Positions 19,237 to 29,300 of a stretch of 64,000 nucleotides of DNA are shown here, one piece after another (the stretch's first letter is position 1; each line of letters opens with the position of its first letter). Source of the stretch: Campylobacterales bacterium (GTDB lineage: Bacteria > Campylobacterota > Campylobacteria > Campylobacterales > QNZT01). The stretch is taken from NCBI GenBank assembly GCA_027068765.1, contig JAMOMC010000164.1, forward strand, positions 29-64,028, given 5' to 3'. Made by a program: the position numbers and the translations under genes. The notes beneath the pieces are model-generated. The model had not been told where the DNA came from, ran no database searches, and worked only from the letters and a program-made list of their open reading frames with translations.

Positions 19237-20619
19237 ATGACACAAAATCACTATGATGTAATAATAATAGGAGGTGGAGTTTCAGGCTCAGCTCTCTTTT
19301 ATGAATTAGGCAGATATACAGATATAAAAAATATATGTCTATTGGAAAAATATGGCTCTTTAGCATCTTTAAACTCAAATGGTTCTGCAAACTCACAAAC
19401 AATTCATTGTGGAGATATTGAAACAAACTACACTTTAGAAAAAGCCGCAAAAGTAAAAACAACTGCAAATATGGTAGAGAAGTACTGCCTTCAACACGGT
19501 TATGAAGATAAAGTTATCTTTTCTCACCAAAAAATGGCTCTAGGTGTTGGTTTTGAAGAAGTTGAGTATATGAAAAATAGATTTAATGAATTTAAAGAGC
19601 TCTATCCATATCTGGAACTTTATGATAAAGAGAAATTAGCCCAGATTGAGCCTGCGGTTGTGTTTGATAAAGATGGAAATGAGAGAGAAGAGGAGATTGT
19701 AGCTGTTGGATGTGAGGGTGAGTATACGACAGTTGATTATAAAGCACTTAGTGATACTTTTATAGATAATACTCTAAAAATCAAAGATAAAGTTACTGAT
19801 ATATTTTTTAACAATGAGGTAAAACATATCCAAAAGATAGGGAGTACTTATCATGTTCAAACTACTATGAGTCAATTTACTGCGGATTTTGTAGTTGTAG
19901 ATGCAGGAGCTCATAGTCTCTATCTTGCTCATAAAATGGGGCATGGTTTAGATTATGGGTGTTTGCCGATGGCTGGAAGTTTTTATATATCAAATAGAAA
20001 AATTTTAAATGGAAAAGTTTACATGGTGCAAAATCCAAAACTACCTTTTGCAGCACTTCACGGGGATCCTGATATTTTGGTAAATGGATTTACTAGGTTT
20101 GGACCAACTGCTTTAATGCTTCCAAAGTTAGAGAGATTTAAACCAGGAACTTATCTTGATTTTTTTAAGACTTTGCGATTAGATTTTAATGTTATAAAGA
20201 TATTTATAGATCTGCTTAAAGACTCTGATATACGAAATTATGTTTTTAGAAACTTTCTTTTTGAAGTTCCATATATAAATAAAAAACTTTTTTTACAAGA
20301 TGCAAGAAAGATTGTGCCATCACTTTGTGAAGATGATATAACTTATGCTAAAGGTTTTGGAGGAGTTAGACCTCAAATACTTGATAAAAAAAATCAAAAG
20401 CTAATGCTTGGTGAAGCATCTATAGATACTGGAGAGGGAATTATATTTAACATGACACCTTCTCCTGGAGCTACTAGCTGTCTTGGTAATGCGGTTCGGG
20501 ATGTAAAAGTTATATGTGAGTATCTTGGATTTAAGTTTAATGAAAAATGTTTTAATGAAGAGCTAATAAAAGATAAAACTAAAGCTAAAAAAGAGTTAAA
20601 ACAGGAGGCTTTAGTATGA
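19237..20619 (+). CDS. mqo: FAD-dependent malate:quinone oxidoreductase-like protein
   Basis: 460-aa ORF with the N-terminal dinucleotide fold YDVIIIGGGVSGSA. Size and layout match epsilonproteobacterial Mqo. Confidence 0.6.
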   Translation: MTQNHYDVIIIGGGVSGSALFYELGRYTDIKNICLLEKYGSLASLNSNGSANSQTIHCGDIETNYTLEKAAKVKTTANMVEKYCLQHGYEDKVIFSHQKMALGVGFEEVEYMKNRFNEFKELYPYLELYDKEKLAQIEPAVVFDKDGNEREEEIVAVGCEGEYTTVDYKALSDTFIDNTLKIKDKVTDIFFNNEVKHIQKIGSTYHVQTTMSQFTADFVVVDAGAHSLYLAHKMGHGLDYGCLPMAGSFYISNRKILNGKVYMVQNPKLPFAALHGDPDILVNGFTRFGPTALMLPKLERFKPGTYLDFFKTLRLDFNVIKIFIDLLKDSDIRNYVFRNFLFEVPYINKKLFLQDARKIVPSLCEDDITYAKGFGGVRPQILDKKNQKLMLGEASIDTGEGIIFNMTPSPGATSCLGNAVRDVKVICEYLGFKFNEKCFNEELIKDKTKAKKELKQEALV

Positions 20620-21761
20620 GTAGCAAGAGAAAACTTCTTTATATAACAGACCAGCAAGAGTATACAGACCACGGAACAATAGGACCACTTTTTAATGGTT
20701 ATTTAAAAGAGTATTTTGATGTTTATATTATCTATTTTACAAAGTATAAAAACTCTTTTCAAGCCAAAGGTACAGATTATGTAGTTCCACAGCAGTATAA
20801 AAAAGAGATTTGTCAATACCTTGATGTTAAGGGTGTAGAGTTATCTTCATTTGATTTTGTTTTTGTTAGAAATATGCTTGATATTTTAAGTGATGTTTTA
20901 AAAAATCGCCAAAAATATGGTTATAAAGTTGGATTTAGAGTCTCATCTCCAAAAACAGAGGAGGCTTATGAAGCTTCAAAAGCCAATAATTCTAGTATGA
21001 TTTTAGGAAGATTAAATACCTATTATCAAAGATACAATAAAACTAAGCTTTTAGCCAAGTGTGATATTTTTATGCCAACTTCTAAAGATATGGAAGAGAC
21101 TTTTTATGCCGATAGTGGAGTTAGAAGTTTTCCACTTCCTCCAGGACTAGACCCAGCTAGAATAACACCACATAGAAAATCAGATGGAGATGCAAAACAC
21201 TTTATTTATGTTGGAACACTAGATAGCCTTCGGCAGTTTGAACAAGTTCTTATAGCTTTTACAAAAATAAATTCAGATAATTGGCATCTAAATATATCAA
21301 CAAAAAATCATCAATTTGCAAAGACAATTATGGGAAGATATGCAAGCATCAAAGATCAAGTAAGCATAATCAAAGCAGATAATTTAAATGAGCTTATGGT
21401 TCAGGTTGATGATTGTGATATTGGAATAGCTCTTTTGCCTGATATTCCTATCTACTCTACAGCAATTCCTGCAAAAGTTATGGATTATTATACTTGTGCT
21501 ATTCCTACACTGTTAACAGATAATCCTAAAAATCGCACACTATTTACTGATGAAGATGCTAAGTTTTGTAAATTTGAAGTAGATTTTATCGTTGAAAAAT
21601 TAGAGGAGATTATAGGTATGAGTGAAGATGAGATAGCTAAAATGGGACATAAAGGGCAAGAGAAACTTCTCAGCCATAAGCGAAATTATAAGATTATGGC
21701 TAAAGAGCTTTATGAAGAGTTAGATACACATATAATTCAGGAAAGTAAATGTCAAAACTAG
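20616..21761 (+). CDS. Putative glycosyltransferase-like protein (GT-B fold?)
   Basis: 381-aa ORF, ATGA-coupled to mqo. The C-terminal half (FIYVGTLDSLRQFE..., PAKVMDYYTCAIPTL) loosely resembles GT4-type domains. Confidence 0.3.
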   Translation: MSSKRKLLYITDQQEYTDHGTIGPLFNGYLKEYFDVYIIYFTKYKNSFQAKGTDYVVPQQYKKEICQYLDVKGVELSSFDFVFVRNMLDILSDVLKNRQKYGYKVGFRVSSPKTEEAYEASKANNSSMILGRLNTYYQRYNKTKLLAKCDIFMPTSKDMEETFYADSGVRSFPLPPGLDPARITPHRKSDGDAKHFIYVGTLDSLRQFEQVLIAFTKINSDNWHLNISTKNHQFAKTIMGRYASIKDQVSIIKADNLNELMVQVDDCDIGIALLPDIPIYSTAIPAKVMDYYTCAIPTLLTDNPKNRTLFTDEDAKFCKFEVDFIVEKLEEIIGMSEDEIAKMGHKGQEKLLSHKRNYKIMAKELYEELDTHIIQESKCQN

Positions 21762-21961
21762 AAAAATATATATCTAAATCTGATGTTAAATTATTAAAAC
21801 AACTACAAAAAGCTACACTTACAAACGAAATTACAGTTGCTTGTGTAGGATTATATAATCATGTAAAAAGTACACATACTAAATGTCTTGATATGTTTAC
21901 AGTTCGTAGTATCATCATGATAAATATAGATAAGGTCAAGATGGAAGTCAATTTATCATGA
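21749..21961 (+). CDS. Hypothetical small protein (doubtful)
   Basis: 70-aa ORF with no motif. Its stop codon lies inside repeat copy 1. Confidence 0.2.
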   Translation: MSKLEKYISKSDVKLLKQLQKATLTNEITVACVGLYNHVKSTHTKCLDMFTVRSIIMINIDKVKMEVNLS

Positions 21962-21964
21962 TAG
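21952..21964. repeat. Islet motif copy 1 (TTTATCATGATAG)
   Basis: Contains the perfect 10-bp palindrome TATCATGATA (21954-21963). A near copy, ATCATCATGATAA, lies ~40 nt upstream. Confidence 0.7.
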
Positions 21965-22014
21965 TTTTAAATGAACTATGCAAATTCTACACCTTTTAAA
22001 AAGGGATAACACAT

Positions 22015-22509
22015 ATGTTGAAAAATATTAAAAAATCTTTAATGCTATCTATTTTATTATTTACATTTTTATTAAATGGATGTGCAACAAAAGCAAATTT
22101 TCAAAATACACCTGTTAATAGTATTGAATTTAAAAAAGATATAAAAGTCTTAGAATCTAATTATTCTGACATAAAAAAATATAGCACCACTTCTATATCA
22201 TCATCATTTTTAACCTTTCTTACTCCAGATGTATTTGAATTGAAAAATAAATGGGGAACACCAGATAAAGAAAAAATTGTTTGGAAAACCTATTTATTTA
22301 ATATCGCTTTGATGGGTGGTCTTGTTGCCTTTGGTCAACTTCCTTTTTGGGGCTTAGCTCTTCCTTTTATTGCTGTACCAACTCCTCCAAAAACTTATAC
22401 TTGGAATAAAGAAAATTATCATATAAATGTTTATACAATGAGATCATTCTTTAGTGGATACACTGAAAAAACTGTAGTTTGGAAATGGAAAGATAACAAA
22501 TCAAAATAG
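22015..22509 (+). CDS. Orphan lipoprotein
   Basis: 164-aa ORF with lipobox LLNGCAT and a hydrophobic segment near the C-terminus. Composition is very AT-rich. Confidence 0.45.
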   Translation: MLKNIKKSLMLSILLFTFLLNGCATKANFQNTPVNSIEFKKDIKVLESNYSDIKKYSTTSISSSFLTFLTPDVFELKNKWGTPDKEKIVWKTYLFNIALMGGLVAFGQLPFWGLALPFIAVPTPPKTYTWNKENYHINVYTMRSFFSGYTEKTVVWKWKDNKSK

Positions 22510-22739
22510 TTTTGAAACATAACAAATTCTAAGAGAGAAATAAGTATCCTTGGCGGGAACTTATTTCTCAAGATTATATTCTTCTAGTTTAGACATCTAA
22601 CTTGGCAGAGGAACGAACAAGTTTTCATCAAACCACTAAGTTTATATTAGATATAATTTTTTAAGATAGATTAATAGTCTACAGTTTCTTGGTGGATAAC
22701 TTGTCGATCGACTTAATAGTTATCTTAACAATTCAAAAT

Positions 22740-22752
22740 GTTATCATGATAG
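22740..22752. repeat. Islet motif copy 2 (GTTATCATGATAG)
   Basis: Contains an exact TATCATGATA palindrome at 22742-22751. Confidence 0.7.
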
Positions 22753-22848
22753 TAAAAAGAAGAGTCATTGAGCAAATAAACTCATTTGTTTTTTAACCAT
22801 CTTTCACCTTTTTAAAAAAGGTGCTCAAAAACTTTTAAAAGGAAAATA

Positions 22849-23583
22849 ATGAAAAAACACTTATTGACTAAACTTGCAATGGCAATAATGCTACTCTTTT
22901 TTACAGGATGTAGTATAAGCATGTACCCTCCACTAAACCATGCTAAACTGAACAAAAATATTAATATTGGAATTATAACATTAGATTCAAATGAAATGGA
23001 TACCTCACTAATTGGTACAACTATTTTTAATAATGAATTTGCAAAAACTGATATTAAATCTTGGGATATTGCAACATATATGAAAATAAGTATTGAAAAT
23101 GTAATAAAAAATAAATCAAATTTATCACTAAATAATATACAATATGATTTGAATAATTTTGAAAAAAAAGCTAGAATTAAAACATCTAGTGATGCTAAAG
23201 CATATGAACCTGCTTATTTAAAAGATGATATTGAAAAATTATCTAAAAAATATAATTTACAATATGTTTTAATCGTTGTTCCAGCAGGTACCGACCTTTA
23301 TAGTGGTGTTGCTTTATATAAAAGACAATTACTCAATAGTATGAAATCACTATCATTAAAAGTTTCATACAATTTTGAACTTTATAGAACAGATGATATG
23401 AAATTAAATACACGATGGTATATATATAAAGAACATCAACTTGATAGTAAGATATGGAAAAATGCTAAAACAAAAATTACACAAGAAGGACTAAAAGAAT
23501 TGGAGAATATTACAAAAAAATCAATAGATAGTAGCATGGAAAAAGTTCTAGCTAAAATGGGACTTATTAGTTCAAAAAGATAA
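22849..23583 (+). CDS. Orphan lipoprotein
   Basis: 244-aa ORF with lipobox FFTGCSI. Confidence 0.45.
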   Translation: MKKHLLTKLAMAIMLLFFTGCSISMYPPLNHAKLNKNINIGIITLDSNEMDTSLIGTTIFNNEFAKTDIKSWDIATYMKISIENVIKNKSNLSLNNIQYDLNNFEKKARIKTSSDAKAYEPAYLKDDIEKLSKKYNLQYVLIVVPAGTDLYSGVALYKRQLLNSMKSLSLKVSYNFELYRTDDMKLNTRWYIYKEHQLDSKIWKNAKTKITQEGLKELENITKKSIDSSMEKVLAKMGLISSKR

Positions 23584-23780
23584 ATAGTTTAAAAAACTTG
23601 ATTTAAGTAAAAATTGCTGATCCATTAAGTCCATCGTTGTCTTAGATTAAGCATTTTTTGGTAAAAGGGAAAAAAGTTCTTTATGTTATTTAATTATTTA
23701 TAAAAATTAATATTTACTATGGGAACCTACTCCTTTTTTAAAAAGTAGTACAAAAATCTTTGTGAAAAATAAATTTTTTT

Positions 23781-23792
23781 GTTATCATAGTA
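23781..23792. repeat. Islet motif copy 3 (GTTATCAT-AGTA, degenerate)
   Basis: Same flanks as copy 2 (TTGTTATCAT..AGTAAA) but missing three nt of the palindrome. Confidence 0.5.
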
Positions 23793-23813
23793 AACAATAT
23801 CATGGGAGTTAAA

Positions 23814-24749
23814 ATGCAAAAAATAATTTATGTTTTTATTTTTATAGTACAAACTCTAGTTGCATCAAACTATAATTTTTTTATTGATTTAAATCAAACA
23901 GTGTCTAGTGATTTTTACGAGAATGAAAGAGAAGTTTTAACTTTAGAAAAATTTGAAACGAATAGCACTCAATTAAAAATAAAAAATGATTTTGAAAAAC
24001 TTTTACCAAACTATTTAACTTCAACTAAAATAACATTATTTTATGAGTTTGATAAATTGCAAATGATAGTAGCGATTCATAGACTTTTTAAAATATCTTC
24101 ACTCTATGTAAATCTAACAAAAGACCAAAACATTTTTGAAAAAAATTTAAAAGACCTTAATGATATAACAAAAAACTCTAAAGATTTTGATAGTTACAAT
24201 ATGGCTATTCATACATATGTTGAGTACTATAAAAATACAAATATAAAACAAAAAAAATTTAAAACTATTTTACAGTCTAATCCTCCGCCATCAAGCAAGA
24301 TATATATTGAAAAATTTGAAAAAAAATGGAATAGTCTAATTAATGATATATTAATAAAAGCGATTGAAACAAAACCAAATACAAAAGACAAATTAAAAGC
24401 ATATGAAATATATATTAAAACCTTAAGATACTATCTTAACTATTATAAAAATTCATATATTGAAACTATTAAAAAGAATTCTCCTAACGAAGTTGAAAAA
24501 TGGTATAAAAACATAACTGAAGAATTTGAAAAGCTTGATAGTTTTTTAAGTAGATTAAAAGTTTTTATTAGCACTATTTATTCATATATTAAATATAGTT
24601 TATTTAATACAATTGATAAAGATACATATCAATTAGAATTTACATGTAAGAGAATAGCTATATTGATGATAAGGTTACATGCTAATCCACGTTCTCCTTA
24701 TTTTGAACATGAAAAGATATTAGCTAAGTATAAAGAACTAATTAAGTAA
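23814..24749 (+). CDS. Orphan secreted protein, helical, K/N/Y-rich
   Basis: ATG at 23814 preceded by a GGGAG RBS; the ORF track starts at 23802. Signal peptide MQKIIYVFIFIVQTLVAS. No recognisable domain. Confidence 0.4.
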   Translation: MQKIIYVFIFIVQTLVASNYNFFIDLNQTVSSDFYENEREVLTLEKFETNSTQLKIKNDFEKLLPNYLTSTKITLFYEFDKLQMIVAIHRLFKISSLYVNLTKDQNIFEKNLKDLNDITKNSKDFDSYNMAIHTYVEYYKNTNIKQKKFKTILQSNPPPSSKIYIEKFEKKWNSLINDILIKAIETKPNTKDKLKAYEIYIKTLRYYLNYYKNSYIETIKKNSPNEVEKWYKNITEEFEKLDSFLSRLKVFISTIYSYIKYSLFNTIDKDTYQLEFTCKRIAILMIRLHANPRSPYFEHEKILAKYKELIK

Positions 24750-24830
24750 TAGCCAATATATTAAAAAGACAATAAAACGGAGAAAAAAATCTGTATCCCC
24801 AATGGCAATTTTGTTTGAGCAAAAAAATTT

Positions 24831-24843
24831 GTTACCATGATAG
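24831..24843. repeat. Islet motif copy 4 (GTTACCATGATAG)
   Basis: One mismatch to copy 2. It lies after the last islet gene, where no plus-strand gene follows. Confidence 0.6.
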
Positions 24844-24877
24844 ATATAAAACAGTTTTTTTTACTCAAACATTAGAG

Positions 24878-26386
24878 TCAATTTAACGACTCTAACAAAA
24901 CAGCAGCAGAGCCTGCTTGTTTTCCTTTTGGCTGATAGGTAAAATCGTGGATTTTATCGGGTATATTTTCAGGAATATTTAATTTTTCAAACTCCTCTTT
25001 AGAGGCTTGTTTAGCTTTAAAAAGTGCCATTTGTACTCTTGAATAAAAGTTAACAGCTCCCTCTCCTGAAGTTTCTATTGGTAAGAAGTTAGAGCCTGCA
25101 AAGCGACTAGTTACAAGTGATTGAATACCATCGGATACTCCAGAAGATGGCATGCATCCAAAAGGTTTTATGCTTATTACTAGATGTGATTTATTTTCTT
25201 TTATACTCTCTATCAAGTGTGCAACTTCCAAATGCCCCTCTCCACCATTTGAATCAATAGGATAATAATCTTTTGATAATTTCGCTAATTTTTCCATATC
25301 TGGTATCTCATAATTGTTTAACCCTATCGCTTTTGAGTATATTTTAAAATATAATTTTACAGCAATTTTAGCAGATAGTATCATGGTTTTTTTCTTGGCA
25401 ATAGTAAAATCAATTATTTTTGCATCTTCGACATTTAAAGTCTCCACTCTTGAGAGAGCATATTTAGCCTCCCAGATGCTTAGCATTAGACGGCTTAAAA
25501 TTGGTTGAGGGATACATTCAGCTCCTTCTTCTTCCAAAAATCTATGTAAGTTATAGTTTCCATCTCCCTCAGTCATAGCTGCCCAAAATTCTCCCATAAC
25601 CATCACCTTGGCTTTTGGTTGCAATCTATCTAGTTTAACCTCTTTTAATACCTTTTTACATCTTCTCATAGCCAAAATTAAGTTTTTCTTTTCCATAAAT
25701 GCATTTGAGATAATATCTTTGCATCTTTGTACGGCTTTGTCAGTATCTCCTTTATTTATCTCATAAGGGCGAATTTTATAAGTTAGAATATTTATAATAT
25801 CACCAATAAGTATAGCTTTTACAAGTGTTATAAAAAATTTTGGGCTTAATTTTATAGTATTGTCTTTTTCATCTTCTTGGAAAATTCCATCATCGTGGTT
25901 GAAGTTTAGAACTCTAAAACCCTCAAATCCTGAATCTCTTAGAGCTTTTCTATACTCTGTTATATACATTCCAAAACGACAAGGGCCACAGCCTCCTGAA
26001 GTCATATAGGCATATTCGTTTATAATTTTTTCAGTGCTTAAACCTTCAACATCACGAAGATGCTCAAGATGCTTTACTAGGTTTCCAACTGTAAAATATG
26101 TAGGATTACACTGACCTCTATTTCCATAAGCTTTTCCTTTTTGAAATGATATAAAATCAGGATTTGAAAGAGCTATATAGTTCTCTCCAAGAGATTGTAA
26201 AGCACTTTGTACTAACTGGTCTTGAAGCAAGGACATACCACCAAAAAGAATTGTAGTTTTACTTTTTTCACTTTGTACATATTGTTTGTTTATTGTATCT
26301 CTCCACTGTGATGGCTTTTGATGTAAAAAATCTAAATCATCACTTTTTATATGTGGTCTTATATTTGTACATGCTGCACTACTCAT
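24878..26386 (-). CDS. 2-hydroxyacyl-CoA dehydratase-like / activase-associated subunit
   Basis: 502-aa ORF, 4-nt overlap with the upstream activase gene. Conserved Cys contexts (GQCNPTYF, GGCGPCRFGMY, KPFGCMPSSG) match the dehydratase/DUF2229-type family as I recall it. Confidence 0.6.
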   Translation of the reverse strand: MSSAACTNIRPHIKSDDLDFLHQKPSQWRDTINKQYVQSEKSKTTILFGGMSLLQDQLVQSALQSLGENYIALSNPDFISFQKGKAYGNRGQCNPTYFTVGNLVKHLEHLRDVEGLSTEKIINEYAYMTSGGCGPCRFGMYITEYRKALRDSGFEGFRVLNFNHDDGIFQEDEKDNTIKLSPKFFITLVKAILIGDIINILTYKIRPYEINKGDTDKAVQRCKDIISNAFMEKKNLILAMRRCKKVLKEVKLDRLQPKAKVMVMGEFWAAMTEGDGNYNLHRFLEEEGAECIPQPILSRLMLSIWEAKYALSRVETLNVEDAKIIDFTIAKKKTMILSAKIAVKLYFKIYSKAIGLNNYEIPDMEKLAKLSKDYYPIDSNGGEGHLEVAHLIESIKENKSHLVISIKPFGCMPSSGVSDGIQSLVTSRFAGSNFLPIETSGEGAVNFYSRVQMALFKAKQASKEEFEKLNIPENIPDKIHDFTYQPKGKQAGSAAVLLESLN

Positions 26387-29300
26387 ACACTTACCTCCGT
26401 TTTTGATATATTTTTGAGAAGATTTAACTCTTTATCTTTTAAAAGTGTTCTTTGATACTGCTCTAGCGTATAAGCAAAAGTTTTAACCCTAATTTTTATA
26501 GAGCCTCCTGGTTTGTTTGCATCTATGTCGTGAAGTGTGAGATGTGGAGTTTTGCTTGATGCTAAAATTTTATCTATGATTGCATAAGTTGGTGCATCGT
26601 GACCACACTTAAAACTAGATAAATCAACAACTGCAACATTTGGATGACGAGATGCAAACTTTGCTGCCCATACTTTTTGTGAAGAGTTTGTAGAGAAATT
26701 TTCAGGCCAAACATCTCGTATATCAAAATAATCCTCAATATAGCCATCTTCTAAATCTTTTTGAAAATACTCTTCTAGATACTCTCTATCTTTAGGAATT
26801 GCTCTCATAGAGAGAGTTTTAAAACCAAGAGTTTGAAATAAATCTAACACTTCATGATTGATTCCTGGATCACTATGGTAAGACCTTCCTAAAAGAAGTA
26901 GAATTATCTCATCATTTTTCTCTACTTCTTTTAATACCTCTTTACCTTTTATCATCATCTCTTGGTCATTTTGTATAAGGGCTTTGTTTGCTTGTTTTAC
27001 TGCCCATTTATTCTCATCACGACTAATTTTTAGCAAATCACCCCAAGTATCAAAGAGCTGTTTTTCAAGAAGTTTTTCATTATCAAAGTTTAGAGAGTCA
27101 TCTACATATGAAAGTCCTACTTTTGAAAACAGATTCTTCTCTTTTGTAAAAGAGCTATATACAACTCTTGGTGTTCCGCTTACAATCGGACAAGAGGTTT
27201 GAGCAAGAGTATATTTTACATATCCAGGGAGTTCTGTTATGCTTGGAAACCAGATGTAATTTAGTGATTTTCTAGTAAACTTTTTATTAAATAGTAGGCT
27301 GTAAACATGGGCTTGTGCAACCTTTGCAGGGTAACAAGTATCAACAGAACCATATTTTGCACCCTCTAAATACATATCCTCATTTGAAAAGCCTGAAAAG
27401 TGAATATTTTCACTTTTTATATCAAGGGTTTCTAAATATACTCTTAAAAAAGGGGCAACACTATATATATTTAATACCTTTGGAATACCGATATTTAGGG
27501 TTTTTCTAAATTCTTTATTTTCATCCAAACTCTCTATAAAATCTCTACTGATATTTTGTCTGATAGTAGGTCCCCAGCCACCAAGAGTTAGTTTTACTTT
27601 TTGCTCTTTTATAAGTTCATTTGTTGGTTTTGCATCCTGTGTGAAGCTACTGTTAAAAAGTGTTGTTGATTCTGTGTGTACAAGATTTGGTGTTTTAACT
27701 TGCAAAGCTTTTCTTGAAGATTTTAAACTTTTTAACTCATCGGCTGATTCTACTGTCCCTTTTTCACAAGCAAAACCTGCTATGTATCTAACGGAGTTAG
27801 TTGTAGGTGTTTTTGTATCTATGAAGGTTCGAGAGCAAAGAATTTCACAAAAGTGGCAGCGAGTAGATTCATCAGTCTTTGAAGTATAAGTTAACTGCAA
27901 TGCCCCTTCAAGCCCTATAAATGTAGCATAACCTCTCCTTGCAACAACTTCTCTTGCCTCCAATGCAGCTCCAAATGCACCAGCTTCTCCAGGGTGAGGA
28001 TGCACATCTACTCTTGCATTTGGTACAGCCTCTTTTATATAATCGACTTGTGCTTTAAGTGCAGCTAAGTTGTACTGAGTTCCCCCTTGTAAGACAAAAT
28101 GCTTTCCAAGTGCTGCTAAATTTGAGGCTTGGACTACATACTGCCATACATTTTTTGGTAAAACTTTAGCTATTCCTGCAAAAAGCTCCTCTTTTGTGTA
28201 TCCCTCTTTTTGAAAATTAACACGGTCTGTGTCTAAAAATACAGCACAACCATAGTTAAACCTAGGTGCTTGTGTAGCTTTAAAAGCTACATTAGCATAC
28301 TCTTCAACTTCTACTCCAAACTGTTTTGCCATGCTTTGTAAAAGTGTTCCATTTCCAGCTGAGCATTGATTTGATAGTCTAAAGTTTTTCATCATGCCGT
28401 TTTCTAAAAAGAGAACTTTTATATCTTGACCGCCAATATCACAAATAACATCTATACTATCACCAAAAGCACTTTGAGCACTTTGCATATGAGCGATTGT
28501 CTCTATAACATTTGCATCTGCTCTTAAAGCTCCCTCTAAAACATCTGCCGCATACCCTGTAACTCCTAAGCCTTTTATATCATAAAAATCTTGAGGGTCT
28601 ATCTCTTTTATCTGTGTTAATAAATCTATGGTATCTTGTATAGGATTACCTTTAGAGAGTTGGTATAGTTTTAAAAGAAGTTCTCCATCATCTCCAATTA
28701 AAACAGCTTTTGAACTTGTACTTCCTCCATCAATTCCTAGATAACATATGGTTTTTTTATTTAGTTTAGAAGGTGTAAAAGATGGAATTGTATAAGCTTG
28801 TTTGAAGTTTGAAAGCTCTTCTTGGCTACTTACTAATCCAGGGTCATTTCGGCTGCTTTGTGCTACTCTTCCACTATCAACCAATGTTTTTAATTGAATA
28901 AGTCCTAAAAATGTCTTATCTTTTTTACTTTCCCCCTCACCAAATATAACAGCCCCTAAAGCTGCATAATATTGAGAGTTATCAGGAACGATTATAAGTT
29001 CCTCAATTTTATCTTTGTCATACTCTATGCCTCTTTCATCCCAAAGTTGAGTTATTCTCATTCTCCAACATTGTTGTAAAAAAGGTAGATAGGTATTTGG
29101 ACCTCCTAGAAGTAACACTTTTGGCATAAGAGTATTTCCTCTAGTTAATACAGTAAGATTTTGCATAACAATTGCATCTGCTAGTGAGTTCATAATCTCA
29201 TCACTTGGAACAGAAGTTTTTACAAGATTTACAATATCAGTCTCAGCAAATACACCACACTTAGCAGCAACATGATGAAGTTTATTTGAATCAAATGTAA

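Noticed and set aside
21952-24843. Integron gene-cassette array, reading the islet motifs as attC sites.
   Set aside because: The motifs are only ~13-15 nt and do not fit the GTTRRRY core or the imperfect 60-120-nt attC hairpin architecture. No intI integrase or attI site is in the window. I kept the region as an unexplained repeat-bracketed islet instead.
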